From an uncultured Actinomycetes bacterium (GTDB lineage: Bacteria; Actinomycetota; UBA4738; HRBIN12): a stretch of DNA of 64,000 nt. The notes under the pieces were generated by a model. It was not told the DNA's origin. It was given only the letters and a program-made list of their open reading frames with translations, and did not search any database. Of the stretch, positions 8,930 through 19,139 are shown in pieces. Numbering within the stretch: position 1 is the stretch's first letter; each line of letters opens with the position of its first letter. The stretch is from assembly GCA_963831325.1 (NCBI GenBank), contig CAWHQA010000004.1, positions 128,069-192,068 on the forward strand, given 5' to 3'. The translations under genes and the position numbers were made by a program.

Positions 8930-10889
8930 ATGCCGTACGGAGGCTCAGTGAAGGACACCACCACGCTGGAACGCGCTCGACTTGCTCTCGCGGATCATCA
9001 ATGGGCTGAGGCCTACGAAGCCTTCACGAGTGCCGCAGCCGATCAAGCGATAGCGGCCGAGGACATGGAGAAACTCTCGGAGGCGGCGTGGTGGACGGCG
9101 CATCCGGCGGAGTGCATCGACGCTCTCGAGCGAGCGTACGCCATGTACTCCGGCCAAGGGAATCCAAGGCGTGCTGCCTACGTCGCACTGCACCTCGCCG
9201 ACCAGTGGAACGAGCGGCTGCAGCCGGCGCAGGCCGCCGGCTGGCTGCAACGGGCAACCCGGCTGCTCGACGGGCAGTCCGAAGGGGTCGAGCACGGCTA
9301 CCTCGAGCTTGCCTTGGCGAAGAGCAGTGGCAGCGTCGAGGAGTTGATCCAGCATTCGGAGGCCATCCTCGACATCGGCACGCGCTTCGGGGATCGGGAT
9401 CTGCAAGCATTCGGGTTGATGTGCCAGGGCATGGCGCACATCCTCCAGGCGCAGGTGGAACGCGGCATGTCGCTGATCGACGAAGCCACCGCGGCGGCCG
9501 TCGGGGGCGAGCTCACCCCGTTCGCGACCGGCATCGTCTACTGCTTCACAATCGTCGCATGCCGTGATCTCGCGGACTACCGACGAGCCGGTGAATGGAC
9601 CGCGGCGACCAAGCGGTGGTGCGAGCGCCAATCCATCGGCGGATTCCCAGGGCACTGCCGGGTGCGACAGGCGGAGATCATGCGTCTTCGCGGTGCGTTC
9701 GCCGACGCGGAGGAAGAGGCTCGTCACGCGGTGCAGGAGCTCACCTCGTTCGGGGAGCTGCCGATCGCCGGTGTTGGCTTCCACGAGATCGGTGAGATCC
9801 GCTTCCGGATGGGCGATCTCGACGGCGCCGAAGAGGCGTTCGCCGAGGCTCATCAGCGTGGGAACGACGCGCAGCCGGGGATGGCACTCTTGCAGCTCGC
9901 TCGGGGCCGATCCGTCGCGGCTCGCTCGTCGATCCGCGCGGCGCTCGCCGATCAGCCGATCGCACTCACGAGGGGTCGGCTGCTTCCGGCCCGTGTCGAG
10001 ATCGCGTTGGCCTCCCATGATGTGTCGGAGGCGCGCGAGGCCGCTGAAGAGCTAGGCGAGATCGCGTCCGCATATGACGCCCCGCTGTGGAAGGCGAGTT
10101 CGCATCAGGCGCTGGGAGCCGTGCTGATGTACGAGGGCGACGCGGTGGGAGGGATCGCCGAGCTCCGGCAGGCCGTCGATCGGTGGACCGAAGCCGATCT
10201 GCCGTTCGAGGCTGCGCAGGCACGCCGAGACCTGGCCATGGCTCATCGGGCCGGCGGCGACGAGGCGTCGGCTGTCCTGGAGCTGCAGGCCGCGCACTCG
10301 ACGTTCGAACGCCTCGGCGCAGCGCTCGAGACCGAGCGCTGCGTGGCCTTGATGCATGCCGGCTCCGCCGAGGCGGGTCGACGCGTGGCTCGGACGTTCA
10401 TGTTCACGGACATCGTCGGCTCCACGAGCCTGCTGGAGGCGATAGGTGACGAGGCATGGGAAGACGTGCTGCGTTGGCATGACGACGACACTGCGCTCGG
10501 CGATCGACTCGAACCACGGCGAGGTCGTGCATGGGACCGGCGACGGGTTCTTCGCGACGTTCGAGGACGCAGGCTCTGCGGCAGCGAGCGCGGTCGCGAT
10601 CCAGCAACGGCTCGCCCAGCACAGGCACGAGCACGGGTTCGCTCCACAGGTCCGGATCGGACTGCACGCCGCGGAGGCGACCCTCATCGCCGATGACTAC
10701 GCGGGGCTGGGCGTTCACCAGGCTGCGCGAGTCGGCGCGCTCGCCGAAGCCGGAGAGATCGTGATCACATGCGAGACGCTCGAACGAGATCCGATCGGAT
10801 TCCCGGTCTCGAAGGAACGGGAGGTCTCGCTGAAGGGGATCGCTCAGCCGGTGCGGATCGTGGGCATCGATTGGCGGACGACCCGCTAG
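8930..10889 (+). CDS. TPR-like helical sensor region + C-terminal class III adenylate/guanylate cyclase (one frame break near 10480)
   Basis: Starts at ATG 8930 (MPYGGSVKDTTTLERARLALADHQWAEAYEAF..). The long helical repeat region lies in ORF 8747..10696. The cyclase part (ARTFMFTDIVGSTSLLE..) continues in ORF 10446..10889 (VVHGTGDGFFATFED..VRIGLHAAEA..GLGVHQAARV..GEIVIT). Confidence 0.8.
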
Positions 10890-13867
10890 GTGGATGTCGA
10901 CGGCTCGGCAAGTCGGTGACACAACACCCGGATCACGCCCAGCGCGGTCTCTGGACGTTCCCGCAAGATCGACTCGAACTGCGGACGTGCGATCGTCAAC
11001 AGGCGCACGTCGCCCCGCGCGACGAGCCCCGCGATGCGCGGTTCGTTCGTGATGACCGCCATCTCGCCGACGACCTCACCCGACGACCTGGTAGCGACGA
11101 CGCGCTCGCTCTGACCGGCGCCGTGCACGACCACTGCGACCTCACCGCTCACGATGATGTGCATCGCGTCACCCTGGTCGCCCTGCTCGGCGATCGTCTC
11201 GCCATCGGAGAACGCGTGTTCCTCGGCGATCGCAGCGATCGGTTGAAGGTCCGCCGGCGGGAGATCTGCGAACAGCGAGACCTTCCGCAACATCAACACC
11301 CGCTCCATGGGCGACATGGTGGTCAGCATCCGTGTCATCGGTCCTCCTTCGGGATCGCGCTCGGGTGTGGTGAGGAGCTTCGCGCACGCGCGGATCCAAT
11401 CGTCGGGGTCGCGCTCGAGGCGCTCGAGCAGTGAGCGCCGATCGAACGGGGTGGCTGCGCCGTCCCACATCGAGAGCAGGGGCACGACGATGTCGCGCGC
11501 GCCCACGCTCTCGATCACCTCGAGCGCGTTCGCGCGTTGAGCGGGATCGGTGACCGAGAGGTTCTCGAGTGCCACCGACATCGCGTGCCGGCCACCCAGC
11601 ACGGCTGCGGCTCGAAGACCGAGCATCGCGTGACGATCCGACCTCGCGAGCAGGGAATCCCGCAAGAGCACGAGGCGCTCGTCCGACGGGTCCTCGACGC
11701 TCGAGGCGGCTCGGTGGCTGTCGATCGCTCCTTCAACCATGTCCTTGGCGAACCGACGCACGTGATCCGCCCTGCCGTCGATCGGCACATGCTGCAGGGC
11801 CGAGACCGCCCCTTCCCATCGTGACGGCGACATGAGCGCGTCGACCACTGCCTCACCGGCAGCCGGTCCTCCGCCGGACAGCGCAACGGCGGCGGCTTCC
11901 CGCACGATGCGTTGCTCGTCGCCGAGGGCCGCGATGAGCGCACGCAACGCCCGCTGATGATCGATCCTGGCCAGAGCTCCCGCGGCCTCCGCTCGCACGA
12001 TCGGCACGGGGTCCGACAGGCCCGTCTCGGCCAGGTCGAACACCGTCGCGACAGGGCCGCCGATGGCGCGGAACGCGGCCCTGCGCACGCCCTCGTCGGG
12101 ATCGGCCGCAAGCTCGGCGAGCGTCGCGGTGGCCCGCTCCGTCGCGCCGAGCTGGAGGAGGGCGGCCGCCGAGTTCGCTCGCACGTGCGGATCGGCATCG
12201 CGCAACGACGTTTCGAGCACGTGTGCGCGGCTGGCATCGTCTCCGAGCGTCGCGATCGCCTCGATCGCCGCGAGCCGAACGCTCGCATCAGGGTCGCCGG
12301 CGCGTTCGACGATCGCCCGCATCGAGCCGGTACTGGAGCTTCGAGCGAGCGACGCGATCGCGGTGGCTCGGACGCTCGCATCGTCGTCTCGCAGGCATGC
12401 GAGCAGGGGCGCCGCCACATCATCGGCATCCGCATCGCCGAGAACGAATGCGGAGACCCGGCGCACACGAGGATCGAGGTCGGCCAGGCCTTGCACGGCC
12501 GCGGCCACCGCCGACCTATCCGATCGCTGCAGCCCGAATGGGTCCGCGCTCGCAGGGTCGGCGAGGAACACGTGCGGCCTTCCCTCTCGCAGGGCCTTCA
12601 CGAGCTCGATGGGATACGCGCGGCGGACACCGAGCATCGCCACCGTCGCGATCACGGCGCTCGTGAATCCGACGCCGTAGAGCATCGCCGGGGAGAGAGA
12701 GGTGCCGACGAGCGCGATCACGCCCGCGAGCACCGTGCCCACCTGCGTCGGCCCACCGTAGAGGAACGCACGCGTCTGGTCGCGCCTGTCGGTCGGCACG
12801 GTGTTGATGATCGCTTCCGACGAGCTCATGGCGCCGCCGGACATCCACGCGACCTGCACGAACCGGAAGACGGCGAGGAAGGCGAAGCTCGGATCGATGG
12901 CCAGCACGCCGAACGCGGCGACGTAGATCAGCGGCAACACGAGCATGACCGTCGGCACGCCGAAGCGTGCGAGCAGCCGGTTCGTCACGAACAGGGAAAG
13001 AAGGAAAGCGACGCCCGTCGACAGGCCGAAGAAGACGCCGAAGAAGCCCGCGAGCTCGTCGGGATCGGGGTAACGGGCGGTGGCGGCGCGTGAGAAGGGC
13101 AGGTAGAGCGAGAAGAACAGCAGCGAGAACAGGATCGAGCCCAGCGCCATCCATCGCATCAGGGTCGAGCGGCTCGCGTACCGGAAGCCGCGCACCATCT
13201 GCCCGAAGGGGCCGGCGTCGCCTCGGTGAGGCCGACGCCGAGGTCCGCGCGCGTCCTCGCCTCCGAGGACGAGCAGCCTCGCTCCGGTCACCACGACCAC
13301 CGCGAGCGTCGCGATCCAGACAACCAGCAGGTCGGGTGAGCCGATCCACGCTGCGAGTGGCTTCGTCGCCAACCCACCGATCACGTAGCCGAAGACGCTG
13401 CCCGCCCCGATCAACGGGAAGAACCGCTTGGCCTGACGCGTGTCGGTCATGATGCCCGCCAGTCCCCACACCGCCAAGCTCAACAGGAACTGTGCGGCCC
13501 CCTGGAGCAACCAGAGGGCCTGCGTGATCCAGACGACGTTCGCGCCCAGCGCGATCCGCCCGGCCGCGGCGGCAAGCGCCAGCACGACCGGTACCGACAG
13601 GCACGCGCGACCCCGGCCGAGGCGGCCGAGCGCCGCGCTGAACGCGATCGTCAGCACGAACATCGTGACACCGAGCACGAGGTACATCGCCGGCAGCTTC
13701 GACACGCCGTAGCGTGCGAAGAAGAGAGCTTCGATGCCGCTCTGACCGATCATCAGGCCCGCCGAGGCGAAGAACGATGCCGTCATCGCGAGGCCGACGG
13801 GCCTGCCTTCGCCCGCTCGGAGACCGAGCAGTCGCGCGATCCTGCCCTCACCAGCCATCGGCTGCAT
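10886..13867 (-). CDS. Multi-pass transporter (MFS / nucleotide-transporter-like) + HEAT repeats + C-terminal cyclic-nucleotide-binding domain
   Basis: Intact 993-aa ORF. About 12 hydrophobic helices occupy the first ~440 aa. At least 7 HEAT/PBS-lyase-like repeats follow (DPRVRRVSAFVLG, DASVRATAIASLA, DASVRLAAIEAIA, DPHVRANSAAALL, DEGVRRAAFRAIG, VPIVRAEAAGALA, EQRIVREAAAVAL). The C-terminal cNMP-binding fold reads ..GDAMHIIVSGEV..GEVVGEMAVI..PRIAGLVA. Confidence 0.85.
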   Translation of the reverse strand: MQPMAGEGRIARLLGLRAGEGRPVGLAMTASFFASAGLMIGQSGIEALFFARYGVSKLPAMYLVLGVTMFVLTIAFSAALGRLGRGRACLSVPVVLALAAAAGRIALGANVVWITQALWLLQGAAQFLLSLAVWGLAGIMTDTRQAKRFFPLIGAGSVFGYVIGGLATKPLAAWIGSPDLLVVWIATLAVVVVTGARLLVLGGEDARGPRRRPHRGDAGPFGQMVRGFRYASRSTLMRWMALGSILFSLLFFSLYLPFSRAATARYPDPDELAGFFGVFFGLSTGVAFLLSLFVTNRLLARFGVPTVMLVLPLIYVAAFGVLAIDPSFAFLAVFRFVQVAWMSGGAMSSSEAIINTVPTDRRDQTRAFLYGGPTQVGTVLAGVIALVGTSLSPAMLYGVGFTSAVIATVAMLGVRRAYPIELVKALREGRPHVFLADPASADPFGLQRSDRSAVAAAVQGLADLDPRVRRVSAFVLGDADADDVAAPLLACLRDDDASVRATAIASLARSSSTGSMRAIVERAGDPDASVRLAAIEAIATLGDDASRAHVLETSLRDADPHVRANSAAALLQLGATERATATLAELAADPDEGVRRAAFRAIGGPVATVFDLAETGLSDPVPIVRAEAAGALARIDHQRALRALIAALGDEQRIVREAAAVALSGGGPAAGEAVVDALMSPSRWEGAVSALQHVPIDGRADHVRRFAKDMVEGAIDSHRAASSVEDPSDERLVLLRDSLLARSDRHAMLGLRAAAVLGGRHAMSVALENLSVTDPAQRANALEVIESVGARDIVVPLLSMWDGAATPFDRRSLLERLERDPDDWIRACAKLLTTPERDPEGGPMTRMLTTMSPMERVLMLRKVSLFADLPPADLQPIAAIAEEHAFSDGETIAEQGDQGDAMHIIVSGEVAVVVHGAGQSERVVATRSSGEVVGEMAVITNEPRIAGLVARGDVRLLTIARPQFESILRERPETALGVIRVLCHRLAEPSTST

Positions 13868-13933
13868 CCTCGCAGCGTGAAGGAAGCAGCGCTACCGGTC
13901 CTCGCGAGGATCCTCGTGCCCGTTTCCAGCGGG

Positions 13934-14092
13934 TCAGAGGAGCTGCACCGTGGCATGGCCGGCGGCGGCGAGACCCGCGACGAGGAAGCCGGTGCCGACG
14001 ATGCGCCGTCGGCCGGTGCGCATCAAAGACGACCCGACGACGAGGCAGGCGATGCCGACGCCCAGCTCGATCGCCCACGTCACGGTCTCCAC
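13934..14092 (-). CDS. Possible small 2-TM membrane protein (52 aa, GTG start)
   Basis: The minus strand reads (V)ETVTWAIELGVGIACLVVGSSLMRTGRRRIVGTGFLVAGLAAAGHATVQLL*. This is two hydrophobic helices joined by an RRR loop. It is below the ORF-track size cutoff and has no homology support. Confidence 0.3.
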   Translation of the reverse strand: METVTWAIELGVGIACLVVGSSLMRTGRRRIVGTGFLVAGLAAAGHATVQLL

Positions 14093-14145
14093 GCCGGCGG
14101 ACCCTAGCACCGGCGTGCCGGGCCGCGTCCCGTAGGCTTCGAGTC

Positions 14146-14829
14146 ATGGACGTCACGATCGTGGGCGGCACCGGGGCGGAAGGGTTCGGGTTCGCCCTGC
14201 GCCTGCTGGGAGCCGGGCACGGCGTCACGATCGCCTCGCGCTCCTCCGAACGGGCGGCCGAGGCTGTCGCGAAGGCGAAGGAGGCGCTCGGATCGGGTAT
14301 CTCCGTTCACGGCGCCGAGAACGCCGAGGGGGTCGCCGGGTCCGGAGTCGTGATCGTCACGGTGCCGTTCGCCGGCATGATCGAGATCTACGGCTCTATC
14401 GCGCCGGCGCTGCAGCCAGGCCAAGTCGTGCTCGACGCCACCAGTCCGCTCATGGCGGCCGTGGGTGGCAGGGCGTGGGAGGCGATCCGTCCGTGGCAAG
14501 GCTCAGCCGCCGAGCTCGCGGCGTCCCTCGTGCCTGAGGGCGTGCCGGTGGTGGCCGGCTTCCACACGGTCGCGGCGCATTCGCTGGCGGCGCTCGATCG
14601 CGATGTCGACTCCGACGCGCTGCTCTGCTCCGACGACGACGACGCGAAGCGCCTCGTGGGCGAGCTGATCGCATCGGTGCCGGGCATGCGATGGGTCGAC
14701 GCCGGCCCACTCGCGAACGCCCGGCTCACCGAACCGCTCACCGCGCTGATCATCTCGATCAACCGCCGGTACAAGATTCGCGACGGCGGGTTCCGGATCA
14801 CGGGCCGCGACGCGTGGGGCATTCGGTGA
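14146..14829 (+). CDS. npdG: NADPH-dependent F420 reductase
   Basis: In-frame ATG at 14146 within ORF 13714..14829. MDVTIVGGTGAEGFGFALRLLGAGHGVTIASRS is a Rossmann GxGxxG. The C-terminal ..LTALIISINRRYKIRDGGFRITG matches the NpdG family. The upstream 144 codons of the track ORF are a GC-rich artefact. Confidence 0.8.
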   Translation: MDVTIVGGTGAEGFGFALRLLGAGHGVTIASRSSERAAEAVAKAKEALGSGISVHGAENAEGVAGSGVVIVTVPFAGMIEIYGSIAPALQPGQVVLDATSPLMAAVGGRAWEAIRPWQGSAAELAASLVPEGVPVVAGFHTVAAHSLAALDRDVDSDALLCSDDDDAKRLVGELIASVPGMRWVDAGPLANARLTEPLTALIISINRRYKIRDGGFRITGRDAWGIR

Positions 14830-14875
14830 TGAGTGTGAACACGGTCCGGTCGGTCACGGGCCGTGCTCGGCGGGC

Positions 14876-15742
14876 ATGAGCTGCCCCGGCCGGCTCGTGC
14901 CGATCGACGACACCTCGCTGTGGGTGGTCGAGCGTGGTCCCGACGATGGCCTGCCGTTGCTCGTGCTGCACGGAGGTCCGGGGCTCGACCACCACGAGTT
15001 CGCCGACTACCTCGACCCACTGACCGAGCGTGGCATCAGGCTCGTGCTCGTGGACCTGCGCGCGTGCGGTCGGTCGGAACGACCGCCGGAGCAGACATGG
15101 ACGCTCGAACGGTTCGCACAGGACGTTGTCATGCTCGCACGGGCGATGCGTCTCGACCGGTACGCCGTGCTCGGGCATTCCTTCGGAGCGTTCGTGGCCC
15201 TGCAGAGTGCGGTGGACTTCCCGGGCGCAGCCGCTGCCACGATCCTGTCGGGCGTCATCCCGTCGATGCGGTTCCTCGATCGCCTCGACGACAACCTGGA
15301 GTCGTTCGAGCCGGATGAGCTTCGGGATCGAGTGATCGCATCGTGGGCGCGGGAGTCCGACGTCTCGACCGCCGAGGGGTTCGAGGAGATCACGCGCGAC
15401 CAGTTCCCGTTCCATTTCGCGGACCCGCTCGACCCGCGCATCGATGACTACCTGGAGCGCACGGCCGAGACGGTCTACCAACCGGACGTGCTCCGCCACT
15501 TCGCCGCCGCCGGATACGGAGGGATCGAGGTCGAGGAACGGCTCGACGAGGTGACCTCCCCGGTGCTGGTGCTCGCCGGTCTCCACGATCGAACGTGTGT
15601 CGTGGAGGCGGCAGAGGTCACGGCGAGCGGTATCGCCGATGCGCAGCTCGTGGTCTTCGACGGGAGCGGCCACATGACGTTCGTCGAAGAGACCGAGCTC
15701 TTTCTCGAGGCGGTCGCGAGGTTCGTCGGCGAACCGATGTGA
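14876..15742 (+). CDS. alpha/beta hydrolase (proline iminopeptidase-like)
   Basis: Intact 288-aa ORF with LLVLHGGPGLDHHEF (HGGPG oxyanion motif), nucleophile elbow LGHSFGA, and C-terminal FDGSGHMTFVE (catalytic His). Confidence 0.85.
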   Translation: MSCPGRLVPIDDTSLWVVERGPDDGLPLLVLHGGPGLDHHEFADYLDPLTERGIRLVLVDLRACGRSERPPEQTWTLERFAQDVVMLARAMRLDRYAVLGHSFGAFVALQSAVDFPGAAAATILSGVIPSMRFLDRLDDNLESFEPDELRDRVIASWARESDVSTAEGFEEITRDQFPFHFADPLDPRIDDYLERTAETVYQPDVLRHFAAAGYGGIEVEERLDEVTSPVLVLAGLHDRTCVVEAAEVTASGIADAQLVVFDGSGHMTFVEETELFLEAVARFVGEPM

Positions 15743-15782
15743 TCGAGGGCGGGGCTGTGTTCGGGCGACGAGCGCGAGCGGC

Positions 15783-17507
15783 TCAGTCGATGACCGCGAG
15801 CACCTGACCGGTCTGCACGACCTGGCCGGCGCGGATCGGGAGATCGGTGACCTCCCCGTCACGCGTCGCAGCGATGTGATTCTCCATCTTCATCGCCTCG
15901 AGGATGCAGATCACCTCCCCCGCGCGGATGTCCTGCCCTTTCTCCACCAGCACCTTGATGATCGTGCCCTGCATCTCGGCTCGGACCTCACCGTGCACGT
16001 GCTCTTGGTGCGCAGCCGTGTGGATCTCCGGTGGCTTCGGTGCAACGTCGCGGCGCTCGTCGAACACCCGCACGGGCACGCGGCGGCCGTCGACCTCGAC
16101 GAGGATGTCGGCCGGCCTTCCCTCGCGTCCGTGCGGGCCTTGCTGTCCGAGCTCGGGATGTGCCGGGAAGTCGGCCTCGGCGAGCGCATGCTCGGCCCAG
16201 GTGGTGGTGTGCGTGCCGGTCTTGAATTCCTTGGACTCGAGCATCCACCGATGCGCGGGGATCGTGGTGGGTACGCCTTCGACGGTGTACTCGCCGAGGG
16301 CCCGGAGCATGCGCCGCCGGGCCTGTTCGCGATCGGTGCCGGACACGACGAGCTTCGCGAACATCGAGTCGTAGTCGCCGGGGATCTCCCGCCCTTGTCC
16401 GAACCCGGCGTCGACACGGACGAACGGACCGGCCGGCTCTTGGTAGCGCGTGATGCGCCCCGGCCCGGGCATGAAGTTGCGTCCCGGATCCTCGGCGTTG
16501 ATGCGGCATTCGATCGCGGCTCCCCGGGGCGAGACCGTGAGGTCGGCCACCGACTCGCCCATCGCGATGCCGATCTGCAGAGCGACGAGGTCGAGACCGG
16601 TGACCATCTCGGTGACCGTGTGCTCCACCTGGAGACGCGTGTTCATCTCCAGGAAATAGAAGTCGCCGTCCTCGTCAACGATGCACTCGATCGTGCCGGC
16701 GTTCACGTAGCCGGTCTCGCGAGCGAGCGTGATCGTTGCGTCGGCCAGGCGTTGGCGCATCGCGTCGTCGATCGCGGTCGACGGGGTCTCCTCGATCAGC
16801 TTCTGGTGTCGCCGTTGCACCGTGCAGTCGCGCTCGCCGAGGAACATGATGGTGCCTTGGGTGTCGGCGAGGATCTGCGCTTCGACGTGGCGCGCGCGAT
16901 CCACGTAGCGCTCGAGGAAGACCTCCGGCCGCCCGAAGTACGACTGCGCCTCCCGGGCGCCGCGCTTCAGCGCTTCCTCGAGGTGGCCGGCGTCGCGCAC
17001 GATGTGCATGCCCTTGCCGCCCCCGCCGAACGCGGCCTTCACGAGCAATGGGAAGCCGATGCGCTCGGCCTGCTTGCGAGCTTGTTTCGCGTCGACGGGC
17101 TCGGGTGTGCCGGGCACGACCGGCATGCCGCTCGCGTCGGCCGCCCGGCGAGCTGCGGCCTTGTCGCCCATGATCTCGATCGCCTGCGGCGATGGCCCGA
17201 CGAAGGTCATGCCTGCGTCGCCGACCGCTTGTGCGAACTGTGGCCGTTCCGACAGGAAGCCGTAGCCCGGATGCACCATGGTGGCCTTCGACCGGCGCGC
17301 GACCTCGAGGATCGCCTCGATCGATAGATACGACGCCGATGCCTGCGCGGGCCCGATCCGGAACGCCTGATCGGCCATCTCCACATGCAAGGAATCTCGA
17401 TCGGCGTCGGAGTACACGGCCACGCTGGGGGTGCCGAGCTCTCGGCACGTGCGCATGATGCGCACGGCGATCTCGCCGCGGTTCGCGATCAACACCTTGG
17501 GCTTCAT
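15783..17507 (-). CDS. accA: Acetyl/propionyl-CoA carboxylase alpha subunit (biotin carboxylase + biotinyl carrier domain)
   Basis: Intact 574-aa ORF. MKPKVLIANRGEIAVRIMRTCRELG.., GGGGKGM and EMNTRLQVEHTVTE mark the biotin carboxylase. The C-terminal EAMKMENHI is the biotin attachment motif. Confidence 0.93.
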   Translation of the reverse strand: MKPKVLIANRGEIAVRIMRTCRELGTPSVAVYSDADRDSLHVEMADQAFRIGPAQASASYLSIEAILEVARRSKATMVHPGYGFLSERPQFAQAVGDAGMTFVGPSPQAIEIMGDKAAARRAADASGMPVVPGTPEPVDAKQARKQAERIGFPLLVKAAFGGGGKGMHIVRDAGHLEEALKRGAREAQSYFGRPEVFLERYVDRARHVEAQILADTQGTIMFLGERDCTVQRRHQKLIEETPSTAIDDAMRQRLADATITLARETGYVNAGTIECIVDEDGDFYFLEMNTRLQVEHTVTEMVTGLDLVALQIGIAMGESVADLTVSPRGAAIECRINAEDPGRNFMPGPGRITRYQEPAGPFVRVDAGFGQGREIPGDYDSMFAKLVVSGTDREQARRRMLRALGEYTVEGVPTTIPAHRWMLESKEFKTGTHTTTWAEHALAEADFPAHPELGQQGPHGREGRPADILVEVDGRRVPVRVFDERRDVAPKPPEIHTAAHQEHVHGEVRAEMQGTIIKVLVEKGQDIRAGEVICILEAMKMENHIAATRDGEVTDLPIRAGQVVQTGQVLAVID

Positions 17508-17638
17508 GGCTGCCTCATGGGCTGGTCCCCGACGGACCCCTCGGCCCGCCCGCGATACTCTCCGGGCTCGCCGAGGGAGTCAAACCTCGGCCTGACGACC
17601 GACCTGCCTGAAGACCGATCCGCCTGGAAGCGAGGAAG

Positions 17639-18388
17639 ATGACGTCGACGGAGCTGGAGCGAGCCTTGCAACTGGCTGGTCTGTCCGCGCCCGCACACTG
17701 GCAGGAGGTTACCGGGTCGACGAACGCCGTCGCGGCGCGGCTCGCCGACGACGGGGCACCCGAGTGGACCCTGGTGGGCGCCGGTCACCAGACGGCCGGG
17801 CGCGGTCGCCTGGGACGAGCGTGGGTCGATCGGCCGGGCGGATCGCTCATGACGTCGCTCGTGCTTCGTCCGGCCATGCTGCCGGAAGATCTCGGGCTCC
17901 TCACCCTGCTCGCCGGCGCCGCGTGGGCGGAGGTCGCAACCGAGGTCAGCGGTCTCGAGGTCCAATGCAAATGGCCCAACGATCTCTTGGTCGGTGACGC
18001 CAAGGTCGGGGGAGTGCTCGCTGAGTCGTCGGTGACGGGTGACGAGGTCCATTGGGTCGTGCTCGGATCGGGGCTGAACCTGGCGGACCCAGGGATCGAT
18101 GGCACCGTCGGCTTGGGGAACGACGTCGATCGCGAGGCGCTGCTCGGCGGATTCCTGTCGCGGTTCCGACACGGCTATCACGCCCCACCCGCGAAGCTCG
18201 CCGCCGAGGTCGTGTCGCGATGGTCGGGGGTCTCCTGCACGCTGGGTCGCCCGGTCGCTGCCGTCGGCACCGATGGCGTTCGCCGGGAAGGTGTCGCGGT
18301 CGCGGTCGACACTTCCGGACGGCTGGTCCTCGAAACGACCGACGGTCCCGCCGCGGTTGCGTCCGACGAGGTCGAGCACCTCCGCTGA
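17639..18388 (+). CDS. birA: Biotin--[acetyl-CoA-carboxylase] ligase (group I, no DNA-binding domain)
   Basis: 249-aa ORF with GHQTAGRGRLGRAWV (the GRGRxGR biotin-ligase motif) and KWPNDLLVGDAKVGGVL. It is divergent from the biotin-dependent carboxylase gene. Confidence 0.88.
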   Translation: MTSTELERALQLAGLSAPAHWQEVTGSTNAVAARLADDGAPEWTLVGAGHQTAGRGRLGRAWVDRPGGSLMTSLVLRPAMLPEDLGLLTLLAGAAWAEVATEVSGLEVQCKWPNDLLVGDAKVGGVLAESSVTGDEVHWVVLGSGLNLADPGIDGTVGLGNDVDREALLGGFLSRFRHGYHAPPAKLAAEVVSRWSGVSCTLGRPVAAVGTDGVRREGVAVAVDTSGRLVLETTDGPAAVASDEVEHLR

Positions 18389-18455
18389 ACATTGCGCTCG
18401 CTCGACCGGAAGCGCCATGTTTGCCGGTCGGCTGAGCCTCGGCTAGCGTCTCGCC

Positions 18456-19133
18456 ATGTTCCCTCGCAAGCTGCTGATCCCGGGAGAAGACGTCGTGCTG
18501 GAGCTGCGACCACATCCTGTGTCGCTGGTTGCGCCCGCGATCGTCGCGATCCTCGCCACGGCGGTCGCCGTCTGGGTCAACGGCCGTGTCGACGGCCTTC
18601 CCGTCTGGATCGCGTGGGCCGCGTGGCTCGCATTGATGCTGGGGTACGTCGTGCCCAAGGTGGTGGCGTGGTGGACCTCGATCTTCGTCGTCTCGACCGA
18701 CCGGGTGATCAGCCGCGAGGGATTCATCGCCAAACGCTCGATGGAGATCCCGCTCGAGCAGGTGAACGACGTCCGGTTCGAGCAGGGCATCTTCGATCGC
18801 ATCGTCGGCGCCGGCACGCTGTTGATCCAGTCGGCGAGCACGAGCGGCACGAACTCGTTCGACAACATCCGCCGGCCGGAGGATGTGCAGCGGACGATCT
18901 TCCATCAGGGGGAGCTCAACCAGCAGCGTTCCGGTCGCCGTTCGATATCCGCACCGGATGTCGACACCGATCCGGACGCCCGCCCCCCGTCTCGCCCCGA
19001 CAGCCCCACCACGTCTCCGCTCTCACCGTCGGTCACGACCGAGCTCGAGCGGATCGCCGACCTTCGCGCTCGTGGGGTCCTGACCGAGGAAGAGTTCCAG
19101 TCGCAGAAGGCCCGCATCCTCGGACGGGGCTGA
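18456..19133 (+). CDS. Membrane protein with bacterial PH (YdbS/YdbT-like) domain and C-terminal SHOCT domain
   Basis: 225-aa ORF. Two N-terminal TM helices are followed by FVVSTDRVISREGFIAKRSMEIPLEQVNDVRFEQGIFDRIVGAGTLLI (bPH_2-like). The tail ELERIADLRARGVLTEEEFQSQKARILG is SHOCT-like. Confidence 0.7.
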   Translation: MFPRKLLIPGEDVVLELRPHPVSLVAPAIVAILATAVAVWVNGRVDGLPVWIAWAAWLALMLGYVVPKVVAWWTSIFVVSTDRVISREGFIAKRSMEIPLEQVNDVRFEQGIFDRIVGAGTLLIQSASTSGTNSFDNIRRPEDVQRTIFHQGELNQQRSGRRSISAPDVDTDPDARPPSRPDSPTTSPLSPSVTTELERIADLRARGVLTEEEFQSQKARILGRG

Positions 19134-19139
19134 CCCGCC

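Noticed and set aside
13714-14145. The N-terminal 144 codons of ORF 13714..14829, and similarly the 5' extension of ORF 8747..10696.
   Set aside because: These are Arg/Pro-rich stretches with no domain signal that overlap the neighbouring minus-strand genes. Internal starts (ATG 14146 and ATG 8930) give canonical N-termini.
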